Assembly (NCBI GenBank): GCA_964016885.1
Contig: OZ024744.1
Location: 24,366,001-24,430,000, forward strand
Direction: 5' to 3'
From: Eledone cirrhosa
Lineage: Eukaryota
Length of the DNA: 64,000 nt
Notes under the pieces: generated by a model
Seen by the model: the letters and a program-made list of their open reading frames with translations, nothing else
What the model was told of the DNA's origin: nothing
Database searches by the model: none
Translations under genes and position numbers: made by a program
Part shown: piece after piece, positions 29,001-42,350 of the stretch
Layout of the letters: every line of letters starts with the position of its first letter
Position numbering within the stretch: the stretch's first letter is position 1

Positions 29001-32000
29001 AACTGACTCGTTTTAACAGCAGTTGAATCTTCAAATAAACCTCGTTTTAACAACAGTTGCATCTTAAGAACTGGCTCGTTTAAACAACAGTTGAATCTTA
29101 AGATAAAACTCGTTTTAACAACAGTTGAATCTTAAGAACTGACTCGTTTTAACAACAGTTGAATCTTCAAATAAAACTCGTTTTAACAACAGTTGAATCT
29201 TAAGAACTGACTCGTTTTAACAACAGTACAACCTTAAGAACTGACTAGTTTTAACAACAGTTGAATCTTAAAATTAAACTCGTTTTAACAACATTTGAAT
29301 CTTAAGAAGTGACTCGTTTTAAAAACAATTGAATCATAAGATAAACCTCGTTTTAACAACAGTTGAATCTTAAGAACTGACTCGTTTTAACAACAGTTGA
29401 ATCCTAAGATAACATTCGTTTTAACAACAGTTGAATCTTAAAATAAAACTCGTTTTAACAACAGTTTAATCTTAAGAACTGACTCGTTTTAACAACAATT
29501 CAACCTTAAGAACTGACTCGTTTTAAAACAGTTGAATCTTAAGATAACACTCGTTTTAACAACAGTTGAATCTTCAGAACTGACTCGTTTTAAAAACAGT
29601 TGAATCGTAAGATAACACTCGTTTTAACAACAGTTGAATCTTAAGAACTGACTCGTTTTAACAACAGTTGAATCTTAAGAACTGACTCGTTTTAACAACA
29701 ATTCAAACTTGAGAACTGACTCGTTTTAAAACAGTTGAATCTTAAGATAACACTCGTTTTAACAACAGTTGAATCTTAAAACATAACTAGTCTTAACAAC
29801 AGTAGAATCTTAAGAACTGACTCGTTTTAACAACAGTTGAATCTGAAGAAGTGACTCGTTTTAACAACAGTTGTATCTGAAGATAAAACTCGTTTAACAA
29901 CAGTTGAATCTTAAGAACTTACTCGTTTTAACAACAATTGAATCTTAAGATAACATTCGTTTTAGCAACAGTTGACTCTTAAGAACTGACTAGTTTTAAC
30001 GACAGTTGAATCTTAAGATAAACCTCGTTTTAACAACGGTTGAATCTTAAGAACTGACTCGTTTTAACAACAGTTGAATCTTAAGATAAAACATCATTTT
30101 AACAACAGTTGAATCTTAAAATAAAACTCGTTTTAACAACAGTTGATTCTTAAGAACTGCCTTGTGTTAACAACAGTTGAATCTTAAGAACTGATTCGTT
30201 TTAACAGCAGTTGAATCTTAAGAACTGACTCGTTTTAACAACAGTTGACCTTTAAGAACTGACTCGTTTTAACAACTGATGAATATTAAGAGAAAACTGG
30301 TTTTAACAACAGTTGAATTTTAAGAACTGACTCGTTTTAACAACAGTTGAATCTGAAGAACTGACTCGTTTTAACAACAATTGTATCTGAAGATAAAACT
30401 CGTTTAACAACAGTTGAATCTTAAGAACTGGCTCGTTTTAGCAACACTTGTATCTTATGATACAACTCGTTTTAACAACAGTTGAATATTAAGAACTGAC
30501 TCGTTTTAACAGCAATTGAATCTTGAGATAAAACTCGTTTTAACAACAGTTAAATCTTAAGAACTGATTCGTTTTAACAACAATTGAATCTGAAGTTAAC
30601 ATTCATTTTAACAACAGTTGAATCTTAAGACAAAACTCGTTTTAACAACAGTTGAATCTTAAGAACTGACTCGTTTTATCAAGAGTTCAACCTTAAGAAC
30701 TGACTCATTTTAACAACAGTTGAAACTTCAAATAAAACTCGTTTTAACAACAGTTGAATGTTAAGAACTGAATCGTTTTAACAACAGCTGAATCTTAAGA
30801 TAAACTCGTTTTAACAAAAGTTGAATCTTAAGATAAATCTCGTTTTAACAACAGTTTAATCTTAAGAACTGAATCGTTTTAACAACAGTTGAATCTTAAG
30901 ATAAAATTCGTTTTAACAATAGTTGAATCTTAAGAACTGATTCGTTTTAACAACAGTTGAATCTTAAGAACTGACTCATTTTAACAACAGTTGAATCTTA
31001 AGATAAAACATCATTTTAACAACAGTTGAATCTTAAAATAAAACTCGTTTTAACAACAGTTGAATCTTAAGAACTGACTCGTTTTAACAACAGTTGAATC
31101 TTAAGAACTGACTCGTTTTAACAACAATTCAACCTTAAGAACTGACTCGTTTTAACAACAGTTGAATCTTAAGAACTGACTCGTTTTAACAACAGTTGAA
31201 TCTTCAAATAAAACTCGTTTTAACAACAGTTGAATCTTAAGAACTGACTCGTTTTAACAGCAGTTGAATCTTAAGATAAAACTCGTTTTAACAACAGTTG
31301 AATCTTAAGAACTGACTCGTTTTAACAACAGCTGAATCTTAAGATAAAACTCGTTTTAACAACAGTTAAATCTTAAGAACTGACTCGTTTTAACAACAGT
31401 TCAACTTTAAGAACTGACTCGTTTAACAACTGTTGAATCTTCAAATAAAACTCGTTTTAACAACAGTTGAATCTTAAGAATTGACTCGTTTTAACAACAA
31501 TTAAATCTTAAGACAAAACCCGTTTTAACAACAGTTGAATCTTAAGAACAGACTCGTATTAACAACAGTTGGATCTTATTATAAAACTCATTTTAACAAC
31601 AGTTCAACCTTAAGAACTGACTCGTTTTAACAACAGTTGAATCTTCAAATAAACCTCGTTTTAACAACAGTTGCATCTTAAGAACTGGCTCGTTTAAACA
31701 ACAGTTGAATCTTAAGATAAAACTCGTTTTAACAACAGTTGAATCTTAAGAACTGACTCGTTTTAACAACAGTTGAATCTTAAGAACTGACTCGTTTTAA
31801 CAACAGTTGAATCTTAAGATAAAATTCGTTTTAACAACAGTTGAATCTTAAGAACTAATTCGTTTTAACAACAGTTCAAACTTAAGAACAGACTCGTATT
31901 AACAACAGTTGAATCTTATTATAAAACTCATTTTAACAACAGTTCAACCTTAAGAACTGACTCGTTTTAACAACAGTTGAATCTTCAAATAAACCTCGTT

Positions 32001-35000
32001 TTAACAACAGTTGCATCTTAAGAACTGGCTCATTTAAACAACAGTTGAATCTTAAGATAAAATACGTTTTAACAACAGTTGAATCTTAAGAACTGACTCG
32101 TTTTAACAACAGTTGAATCTTCAAATAAAACTCGTTTTAACAACAGTTGAATCTTAAGAACTGACTCGTTTTAACAACAGTTCAACCTTAAGAACTGACT
32201 CGATTTAACAACAGTTGAATCTTCAAATAAAACTCGTTTTAACAACAGTTGAATCTTAAGAATTGACTCGTTTTAACAACAGTTGAATCTTAAGACAAAA
32301 CCCGTTTTAACAACAGTTGAATCTTAAGAACTGACTCGTTTTAACAACAGTTGAATCTTAAGATAAAACTCGTTTTAACAACAGTTGAATCTTAAGAACT
32401 GACTCGTTTTAACAACAGTTGAATCTTAAGATAAACTCGTTTTAACAACAGTTGAATCTTAAGAACTGACTCGTTTTAACAACAGCTGAATCTTAAGATA
32501 AAACTCGTATTAACAACAGTTGAATCTTAAGAACTGACTCGTTTTATCAACAGTTCAACCTTAAGAACTGACTCGTTTTAACAACAGTTGAATCTTCAAA
32601 TAAAACTCGTTTTAACAACAGTTGAATCTTAAGAACTGACTCGTTTTAACAACAGTTGAATCTTAAGATAAAACTCGTTTTAACAACAGCTGAATCTTAA
32701 GATTAAACTCATTTTAACAACAGTTGAATCTCAAGACAAAACCCGTTTTAACAACAGTTGAATCTTAAGAACTGACTCGTTTTAACAACAGTTGAATCTT
32801 AAGAACTGACTCGTTTTAACAACAACTGAATCTTAAGATTAAACTCGTTTTAACAACAGTTGAATCTTAAGAACTGATTCGTTTTAACAACAGATGAATC
32901 TTAAGATAAACCTCGTTTTAACAAAAGTTGAATCTTACGAACTGATTCGTTTTAACAACAGTTGAATCTTAAGAACTGTCTCGTTTTAACAACAGTTGAA
33001 TCTTAAGAACTGACTCGTTTTAACAACAGTTGAATCTTAAGATAAAACTCGTTTTAACAACAGTTGAATCTTAAGAACTGACTCGTTTTAACAACAGTTG
33101 AATCTTAAGATAAAACTCGTTTTAACAACAGTTGAATCTTAAGAACTGACTCGTTTTAACAACAGTTGAATCTTAAGAACTGACTCGTTTTATAAACAGT
33201 TCAACCTTAAGAACTGACTCGTTTTAACAACAGTTGAATCTTCAAATAAAACTCGTTTTAACAACAGTTGAATATTAAGAACTGACTCGTTTTAACAGCA
33301 GTTGAACCTTAATATAAAACTCATTTTAACAACAGTTGAATCTTAAGAACTGATTCGTTTTAACAACAGATGAATATTAAGATAAACCTCGTTTTAACAA
33401 CAGTTGCATCTTAAGAACTGGCTCGTTTAACAACAGTTGAATCTTATGATAAAACCCATTTTAACAACAGTTGAATCTTAAGAACTGACTCGTTTTAACA
33501 ACAGTTGAATCTTAAGATAAAACTCGTTTTAACAACAGTTGAATCTTAAGAACTGACTCGTTTTAACAACAGTTGAATCTTAAGAACTGACTCGTTTTAT
33601 CAACAGTTCAACCTTAAGAACTGACTCGTTTTAACAACAGTTGAATCTTCAAATAAAACTCGTTTTAACAACAGTTGAATCTTAAGAACTGACTCGTTTT
33701 AACAACAGTTGAATCTTAAGATAAAACTCGTTTTAACAACAGCTGAATCTTAAGATTAAACTCATTTTAACAACAGTTGAATCTCAAGACAAAACCCGTT
33801 TTAACAACAGTTGAATCTTAAGAACTGACTCGTTTTAACAACAGTTGAATCTTAAGAACTGACTCGTTTTAACAACAACTGAATCTTAAGATTAAACTCG
33901 TTTTAACAACAGTTGAATATTAAGAACTGACTCGTTTTAACAGCAATTGAATATTGAGATAAAACTCGTTTTAACAACAGTTAAATCTTAAGAACTGATT
34001 CGTTTTAACAACAATTGAATCTGAAGTTAACATTCGTTTTAACAACAGTTGAATCTTAAGAACTGACTCGTTTTAACAACAGTTGAATCTTAAGACAAAA
34101 CTCGTTTTAACAACAGTTGAGTCTTAAGAACTGACTCGTTTTAACAACAGTTCAACCTTAAGAAGTGATTAGTTTTAACAACAGTTGAATCTTAAAATAA
34201 AACTCGTTTTAACAACATTTGAATCTTAAGAACGGACTCGTTTTAACAACAGTTGAATCTTAACATAAAACTGGTTTTAACAACAGTTGAATCTTAAGAA
34301 GTGACTCGTTTTAACAACAGTTGAATCATAAGATAACATTCGTTTTAACAACAGTTGAATCTTAAGAACTGACTCGTTATAACGACAGTTGAATCTTAAG
34401 ATAAACCTCGTTTTAACAACAGTTGAATCTTAAGAACTGACTCATTTTAACAACAGTTGAATCTTAAGATAAAACATCATTTTAACAACAGTTGAATCTT
34501 AAAATAAAACTCGTTTTACCAACAGTTGAATCTTAAGAACTGACTCGTTTTAACAACAGTTGAATCTTAAGAACTGACTCGTTTTAACAACAATTCAACC
34601 TTAAGAATTAACTCGTTTTAAAACAGTTGAATCTTAAGATAACACTCGTTTTAACAACAGTTGAATCTTCAGAACTGACTCGTTTTAAAAACAGTTGAAT
34701 CTTAACATAACACTCGTTTTAACAACAGTTGAATCTTAAGAGCTGACTCGCTTTAACAACAGTTCAACCTTAAGAACTGACACGTTTTAACAACAGTTGA
34801 ATCTTAAAATATAACTAGTTTTAACAACAGTTGAATCTTAAGAACTGACTCGTTTTAACAACCGTTGACTCCTAAGAACTGACTCGTTTTAACAACTGAT
34901 GAACATTAAGATAAAACTCGTTTTAACAACAGTTGAATCTTAAGAACTGACTCGTTTTAACAACAGTTGAATCTTAAGGACTGACTCGTTTTAACAACAG

Positions 35001-38000
35001 ATGAATCTTAAGATAAAACTGGTTTTAACAACAGTTGAATCTTAAGAACTGACTCGTTTTAACAACAGTTGAATCTGAAGAACTGACTCGTTTTAACAAC
35101 AATTGTATCTGAAGATAAAACTCGTTTAACAACAGTTGAATCTTAAGAACTGGCTCGTTTTAACAACACTTGTATCTTATGATGCAACTCGTTTTAACAA
35201 CAGTTGAATCTTAAGAACTGACTCGTTTTAACAGCAATTGAATCTTTAGACAAAACTCGTTTTAACAACAGTTGAATCTTAAGAACTGACTCGTTTTAAC
35301 AGCAGTTCAACCTTAAGAACTGACTGGTTTTAAAACAGTTGAATCTTAAGATAACACTCGTTTTAACAACAGTTGAATCTTAAAATAAAACTCGTTTTAA
35401 CAACAGATGATTCTCAAGAACTGACTCGTTTTAACAACAGTTGAATCTTAAAATAAAACTCGTTTTAACAACAGTTGAATCGTAAGAACTGACTCGTTTT
35501 AACAACAGTTGAATCATAAGATAAAACTCGTTTTAACAACAGTTGAATCTTAAGAACTGACTCGTTTTAACAACAGTACAACCTTAAGAACTGACTAGTT
35601 TTAACAACAGTTGAATCTTAAAATTAAACTCGTTTTAACAACATTTGAATCTTAAGAAGTGACTCGTTTTAAAAACAATTGAATCATAAGATAAACCTCG
35701 TTTTAACAACAGTTGAATCTTAAGAACTGACTCGTTTTAACAACAGTTGAATCCTAAGATAACATTCGTTTTAACAACAGTTGAATCTTAAAATAAAACT
35801 CGTTTTAACAACAGTTGAATCTTAAGAACTGACTCGTTTTAACAACAATTCAACCTTAAGAACTGACTCGTTTTAAAACAGTTGAATCTTAAGATAACAC
35901 TCGTTTTAACAACAGTTGAATCTTCAGAACTGACTCGTTTTAAAAACAGTTGAATCGTAAGATAACACTCGTTTTAACAACAGTTGAATCTTAAGAACTG
36001 ACTCGTTTTAACAACAGTTGAATCTTAAGAACTGACTCGTTTTAACAACAATTCAAACTTGAGAACTGACTCGTTTTAAAACAGTTGAATCTTAAGTTAA
36101 CACTCGTTTTAACAACAGTTGAATCTTAAAACATAACTAGTCTTAACAACAGTAGAATCTTAAGAACTGACTCGTTTTAACAACAGTTGAATCTGAAGAA
36201 GTGACTCGTTTTAACAACAGTTGTATCTGAAGATAAAACTCGTTTAACAACAGTTGAATCTTAAGAACTTACTCGTTTTAACAACAATTGAATCTTAAGA
36301 TAACATTCGTTTTAGCAACAGTTGACTCTTAAGAACTGACTAGTTTTAACGACAGTTGAATCTTAAGATAAACCTCGTTTTAACAACGGTTGAATCTTAA
36401 GAACTGACTCGTTTTAACAACAGTTGAATCTTAAGATAAAACATCATTTTAACAACAGTTGAATCTTAAAATAAAACTCGTTTTAACAACAGTTGATTCT
36501 TAAGAACTGCCTTGTGTTAACAACAGTTGAATCTTAAGAACTGATTCGTTTTAACAGCAGTTGAATCTTAAGAACTGACTCGTTCTAACAACAGTTGACC
36601 TTTAAGAACTGACTCGTTTTAACAACTGATGAATATTAAGAGAAAACTGGTTTTAACAACAGTTGAATTTTAAGAACTGACTCGTTTTAACAACAGTTGA
36701 ATCTGAAGAACTGACTCGTTTTAAAAACAATTGTATCTGAAGATAAAACTCGTTTAACAACAGTTGAATCTTAAGAACTGGCTCGTTTTAGCAACACTTG
36801 TATCTTATGATACAACTCGTTTTAACAACAGTTGAATATTAAGAACTGACTCGTTTTAACAGCAATTGAATCTTGAGATAAAACTCGTTTTAACAACAGT
36901 TAAATCTTAAGAACTGATTCGTTTTAACAACAATTGAATCTGAAGTTAACATTCATTTTAACAACAGTTGAATCTTAAGACAAAACTCGTTTTAACAACA
37001 GTTGAATCTTAAGAACTGACTCGTTTTAACAACAGTTCAACCTTAAGAACTGAGTGGTTTTAAAACAGTTGAATCCTAAGATAACATTTGTTTTAACAAC
37101 AGTTGAATCTTAAGAACTGACTCGTTATAACGACAGTTGAATCTTAAGATAAACCTCGTTTTAACAACAGTTGAATCTTAAGAACTGACTCATTTTAACA
37201 ACAGTTGAATCTCAAGATAAAACATCATTTTAACAACAGTTGAATCTTAAAATAAAACTCGTTTTAACAACAGTTGAATCTTAAGAACTGACTCGTTTTA
37301 ACAACAGTTGAATCTTAAGAACTGACTCGTTTTAACAACAATTCAAACTTAAGAACTGACTCGTTTTAAAACAGTTGAATCTTAAGATAACACTCGTTTT
37401 AACAACAGTAGAATCTTAAGAACTGACTCGTTTTAACAACAGTTGAATCTTAAGATAAAACTCGTTTTAACAACAGTTGAATCTTAAGAACTGACTCGTT
37501 TTAACAACAGCTGAATCTTAAGATAAAACTCGTTTTAACAACAGTTGAATCTTAAGAACTGACTCGTTTTAACAACAGTTCAACCTTAAGAACTGACTCG
37601 TTTTAACAACAGTTGGATCTTAAGAATTGACTCGTTTTAACAACAATTGAATCTTAAGACAAAACCCGTTTTAACAACAGTTGAATCTTAAGAACTGACT
37701 CGTTTTAACAACAGTTGAATCTTAAGATAAAATTCGTTTTAACAACAGTTGAATCTTAAGAACTAATTCGTTTTAACAACAGTTCAAACTTAAGAACAGA
37801 CTCGTATTAACAACAGTTGAATCTTATTATAAAACTCATTTTAACAACAGTTCAACCTTAAGAACTGACTCGTTTTAACAACAGTTGAATCTTCAAATAA
37901 ACCTCGTTTTAACAACAGTTGCATCTTAAGAACTGGCTCATTTAAACAACAGTTGAATCTTAAGATAAAACACGTTTTAACAACAGTTGAATCTTAAGAA

Positions 38001-41000
38001 CTGACTCGTTTTAACAACAGTTGAATCTTCAAATAAAACTCGTTTTAACAACAGTTGAATCTTAAGAACTGACTCGTTTTAACAACAGTTCAACCTTAAG
38101 AACTGACTCGATTTAACAACAGTTGAATCTTCAAATAAAACTCGTTTTAACAACAGTTGAATCTTAAGAACTGACTCGTTTTAACAACAGTTCAACCTTA
38201 AGAACTGACTCGTTTTAACAACAGTTGGATCTTAAGAATTGACTCGTTTTAACAACAATTGAATCTTAAGACAAAACCCGTTTTAACAACAGTTGAATCT
38301 TAAGAACTGACTCGTTTTAACAACAGTTGAATCGTAAGATAAAATTCGTTTTAACAACAGTTGAATCTTAAGAACTGATTCGATTTAACAACAGTTCAAA
38401 CTTAAGAACAGACTCGTATTAACAACAGTTGAATCTTATTATAAAACTCATTTTAACAACAGTTCAACCTTAAGAACTGACTCGTTTTAACAGCAGTTGA
38501 ATCTTCAAATAAACCTCGTTTTAACAACAGTTGCATCTTAAGAACTGGCTCGTTTAAACAACAGTTGAATCTTAAGATAAAACTCGTTTTAACAACAGTT
38601 GAATCTTAAGAACTGACTCGTTTTAACAACAGTTGAATCTTCAAATAAAACTCGTTTTAACAACAGTTGAATCTTAAGAACTGACTCGTTTTAACAACAG
38701 TACAACCTTAAGAACTGACTAGTTTTAACAACAGTTGAATCTTAAAATTAAACTCGTTTTAACAACATTTGAATCTTAAGAAGTGACTCGTTTTAAAAAC
38801 AATTGAATCATAAGATAAACCTCGTTTTAACAACAGTTGAATCTTAAGAACTGACTCGTTTTAACAACAGTTGAATCCTAAGATAACATTCGTTTTAACA
38901 ACAGTTGAATCTTAAAATAAAACTCGTTTTAACAACAGTTTAATCTTAAGAACTGACTCGTTTTAACAACAATTCAACCTTAAGAACTGACTCGTTTTAA
39001 AACAGTTGAATCTTAAGATAACACTCGTTTTAACAACAGTTGAATCTTCAGAACTGACTCGTTTTAAAAACAGTTGAATCGTAAGATAACACTCGTTTTA
39101 ACAACAGTTGAATCTTAAGAACTGACTCGTTTTAACAACAGTTGAATCTTAAGAACTGACTCGTTTTAACAACAATTCAAACTTGAGAACTGACTCGTTT
39201 TAAAACAGTTGAATCTTAAGATAACACTCGTTTTAACAACAGTTGAATCTTAAAACATAACTAGTCTTAACAACAGTAGAATCTTAAGAACTGACTCGTT
39301 TTAACAACAGTTGAATCTGAAGAAGTGACTCGTTTTAACAGCAGTTGTATCTGAAGATAAAACTCGTTTAACAACAGTTGAATCTTAAGAACTTACTCGT
39401 TTTAACAACAATTGAATCTTAAGATAACATTCGTTTTAGCAACAGTTGACTCTTAAGAACTGACTAGTTTTAACGACAGTTGAATCTTAAGATAAACCTC
39501 GTTTTAACAACGGTTGAATCTTAAGAACTGACTCGTTTTAACAACAGTTGAATCTTAAGATAAAACATCATTTTAACAACAGTTGAATCTTAAAATAAAA
39601 CTCGTTTTAACAACAGTTGATTCTTAAGAACTGCCTTGTGTTAACAACAGTTGAATCTTAAGAACTGATTCGTTTTAACAGCAGTTGAATCTTAAGAACT
39701 GACTCGTTTTAACAACAGTTGACCTTTAAGAACTGACTCGTTTTAACAACTGATGAATATTAAGAGAAAACTGGTTTTAACAACAGTTGAATTTTAAGAA
39801 CTGACTCGTTTTAACAACAGTTGAATCTGAAGAACTGACTCGTTTTAACAACAATTGTATCTGAAGATAAAACTCGTTTAACAACAGTTGAATCTTAAGA
39901 ACTGGCTCGTTTTAGCAACACTTGTATCTTATGATACAACTCGTTTTAACAACAGTTGAATATTAAGAACTGACTCGTTTTAACAGCAATTGAATCTTGA
40001 GATAAAACTCGTTTTAACAACAGTTAAATCTTAAGAACTGATTCGTTTTAACAACAATTGAATCTGAAGTTAACATTCATTTTAACAACAGTTGAATCTT
40101 AAGACAAAACTCGTTTTAACAACAGTTGAATCTTAAGAACTGACTCGTTTTATCAAGAGTTCAACCTTAAGAACTGACTCATTTTAACAACAGTTGAAAC
40201 TTCAAATAAAACTCGTTTTAACAACAGTTGAATGTTAAGAACTGAATCGTTTTAACAACAGCTGAATCTTAAGATAAACTCGTTTTAACAAAAGTTGAAT
40301 CTTAAGATAAATCTCGTTTTAACAACAGTTTAATCTTAAGAACTGAATCGTTTTAACAACAGTTGAATCTTAAGATAAAATTCGTTTTAACAATAGTTGA
40401 ATCTTAAGAACTGATTCGTTTTAACAACAGTTGAATCTTAAGAACTGACTCATTTTAACAACAGTTGAATCTTAAGATAAAACATCATTTTAACAACAGT
40501 TGAATCTTAAAATAAAACTCGTTTTAACAACAGTTGAATCTTAAGAACTGACTCGTTTTAACAACAGTTGAATCTTAAGAACTGACTCGTTTTAACAACA
40601 ATTCAACCTTAAGAACTGACTCGTTTTAACAACAGTTGAATCTTAAGAACTGACTCGTTTTAACAACAGTTGAATCTTCAAATAAAACTCGTTTTAACAA
40701 CAGTTGAATCTTAAGAACTGACTCGTTTTAACAGCAGTTGAATCTTAAGATAAAACTCGTTTTAACAACAGTTGAATCTTAAGAACTGACTCGTTTTAAC
40801 AACAGCTGAATCTTAAGATAAAACTCGTTTTAACAACAGTTAAATCTTAAGAACTGACTCGTTTTAACAACAGTTCAACTTTAAGAACTGACTCGTTTAA
40901 CAACTGTTGAATCTTCAAATAAAACTCGTTTTAACAACAGTTGAATCTTAAGAATTGACTCGTTTTAACAACAATTAAATCTTAAGACAAAACCCGTTTT

Positions 41001-42350
41001 AACAACAGTTGAATCTTAAGAACAGACTCGTATTAACAACAGTTGGATCTTATTATAAAACTCATTTTAACAACAGTTCAACCTTAAGAACTGACTCGTT
41101 TTAACAACAGTTGAATCTTCAAATAAACCTCGTTTTAACAACAGTTGCATCTTAAGAACTGGCTCGTTTAAACAACAGTTGAATCTTAAGATAAAACTCG
41201 TTTTAACAACAGTTGAATCTTAAGAACTGACTCGTTTTAACAACAGTTGAATCTTAAGAACTGACTCGTTTTAACAACAGTTGAATCTTAAGATAAAATT
41301 CGTTTTAACAACAGTTGAATCTTAAGAACTAATTCGTTTTAACAACAGTTCAAACTTAAGAACAGACTCGTATTAACAACAGTTGAATCTTATTATAAAA
41401 CTCATTTTAACAACAGTTCAACCTTAAGAACTGACTCGTTTTAACAACAGTTGAATCTTCAAATAAACCTCGTTTTAACAACAGTTGCATCTTAAGAACT
41501 GGCTCATTTAAACAACAGTTGAATCTTAAGATAAAATACGTTTTAACAACAGTTGAATCTTAAGAACTGACTCGTTTTAACAACAGTTGAATCTTCAAAT
41601 AAAACTCGTTTTAACAACAGTTGAATCTTAAGAACTGACTCGTTTTAACAACAGTTCAACCTTAAGAACTGACTCGATTTAACAACAGTTGAATCTTCAA
41701 ATAAAACTCGTTTTAACAACAGTTGAATCTTAAGAATTGACTCGTTTTAACAACAGTTGAATCTTAAGACAAAACCCGTTTTAACAACAGTTGAATCTTA
41801 AGAACTGACTCGTTTTAACAACAGTTGAATCTTAAGATAAAACTCGTTTTAACAACAGTTGAATCTTAAGAACTGACTCGTTTTAACAACAGTTGAATCT
41901 TAAGATAAACTCGTTTTAACAACAGTTGAATCTTAAGAACTGACTCGTTTTAACAACAGCTGAATCTTAAGATAAAACTCGTATTAACAACAGTTGAATC
42001 TTAAGAACTGACTCGTTTTATCAACAGTTCAACCTTAAGAACTGACTCGTTTTAACAACAGTTGAATCTTCAAATAAAACTCGTTTTAACAACAGTTGAA
42101 TCTTAAGAACTGACTCGTTTTAACAACAGTTGAATCTTAAGATAAAACTCGTTTTAACAACAGCTGAATCTTAAGATTAAACTCATTTTAACAACAGTTG
42201 AATCTCAAGACAAAACCCGTTTTAACAACAGTTGAATCTTAAGAACTGACTCGTTTTAACAACAGTTGAATCTTAAGAACTGACTCGTTTTAACAACAAC
42301 TGAATCTTAAGATTAAACTCGTTTTAACAACAGTTGAATCTTAAGAACTG
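23035..42350. repeat. Near-identical tandem duplication, period 9,474-9,475 bp (~279 monomers, ~2.04 copies)
   Basis: Rare markers recur at a fixed offset: TACGA 23461/32936, GAGCTGAC 25265/34740, GAGAAAACTGG 27165/36640 (all +9475), then GAGAAAACTGG 30290/39764 and AAGAGTTC 30681/40155 (+9474, after an extra A near 27370). The match ends at ~32877 versus ~42351. Confidence 0.93.
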
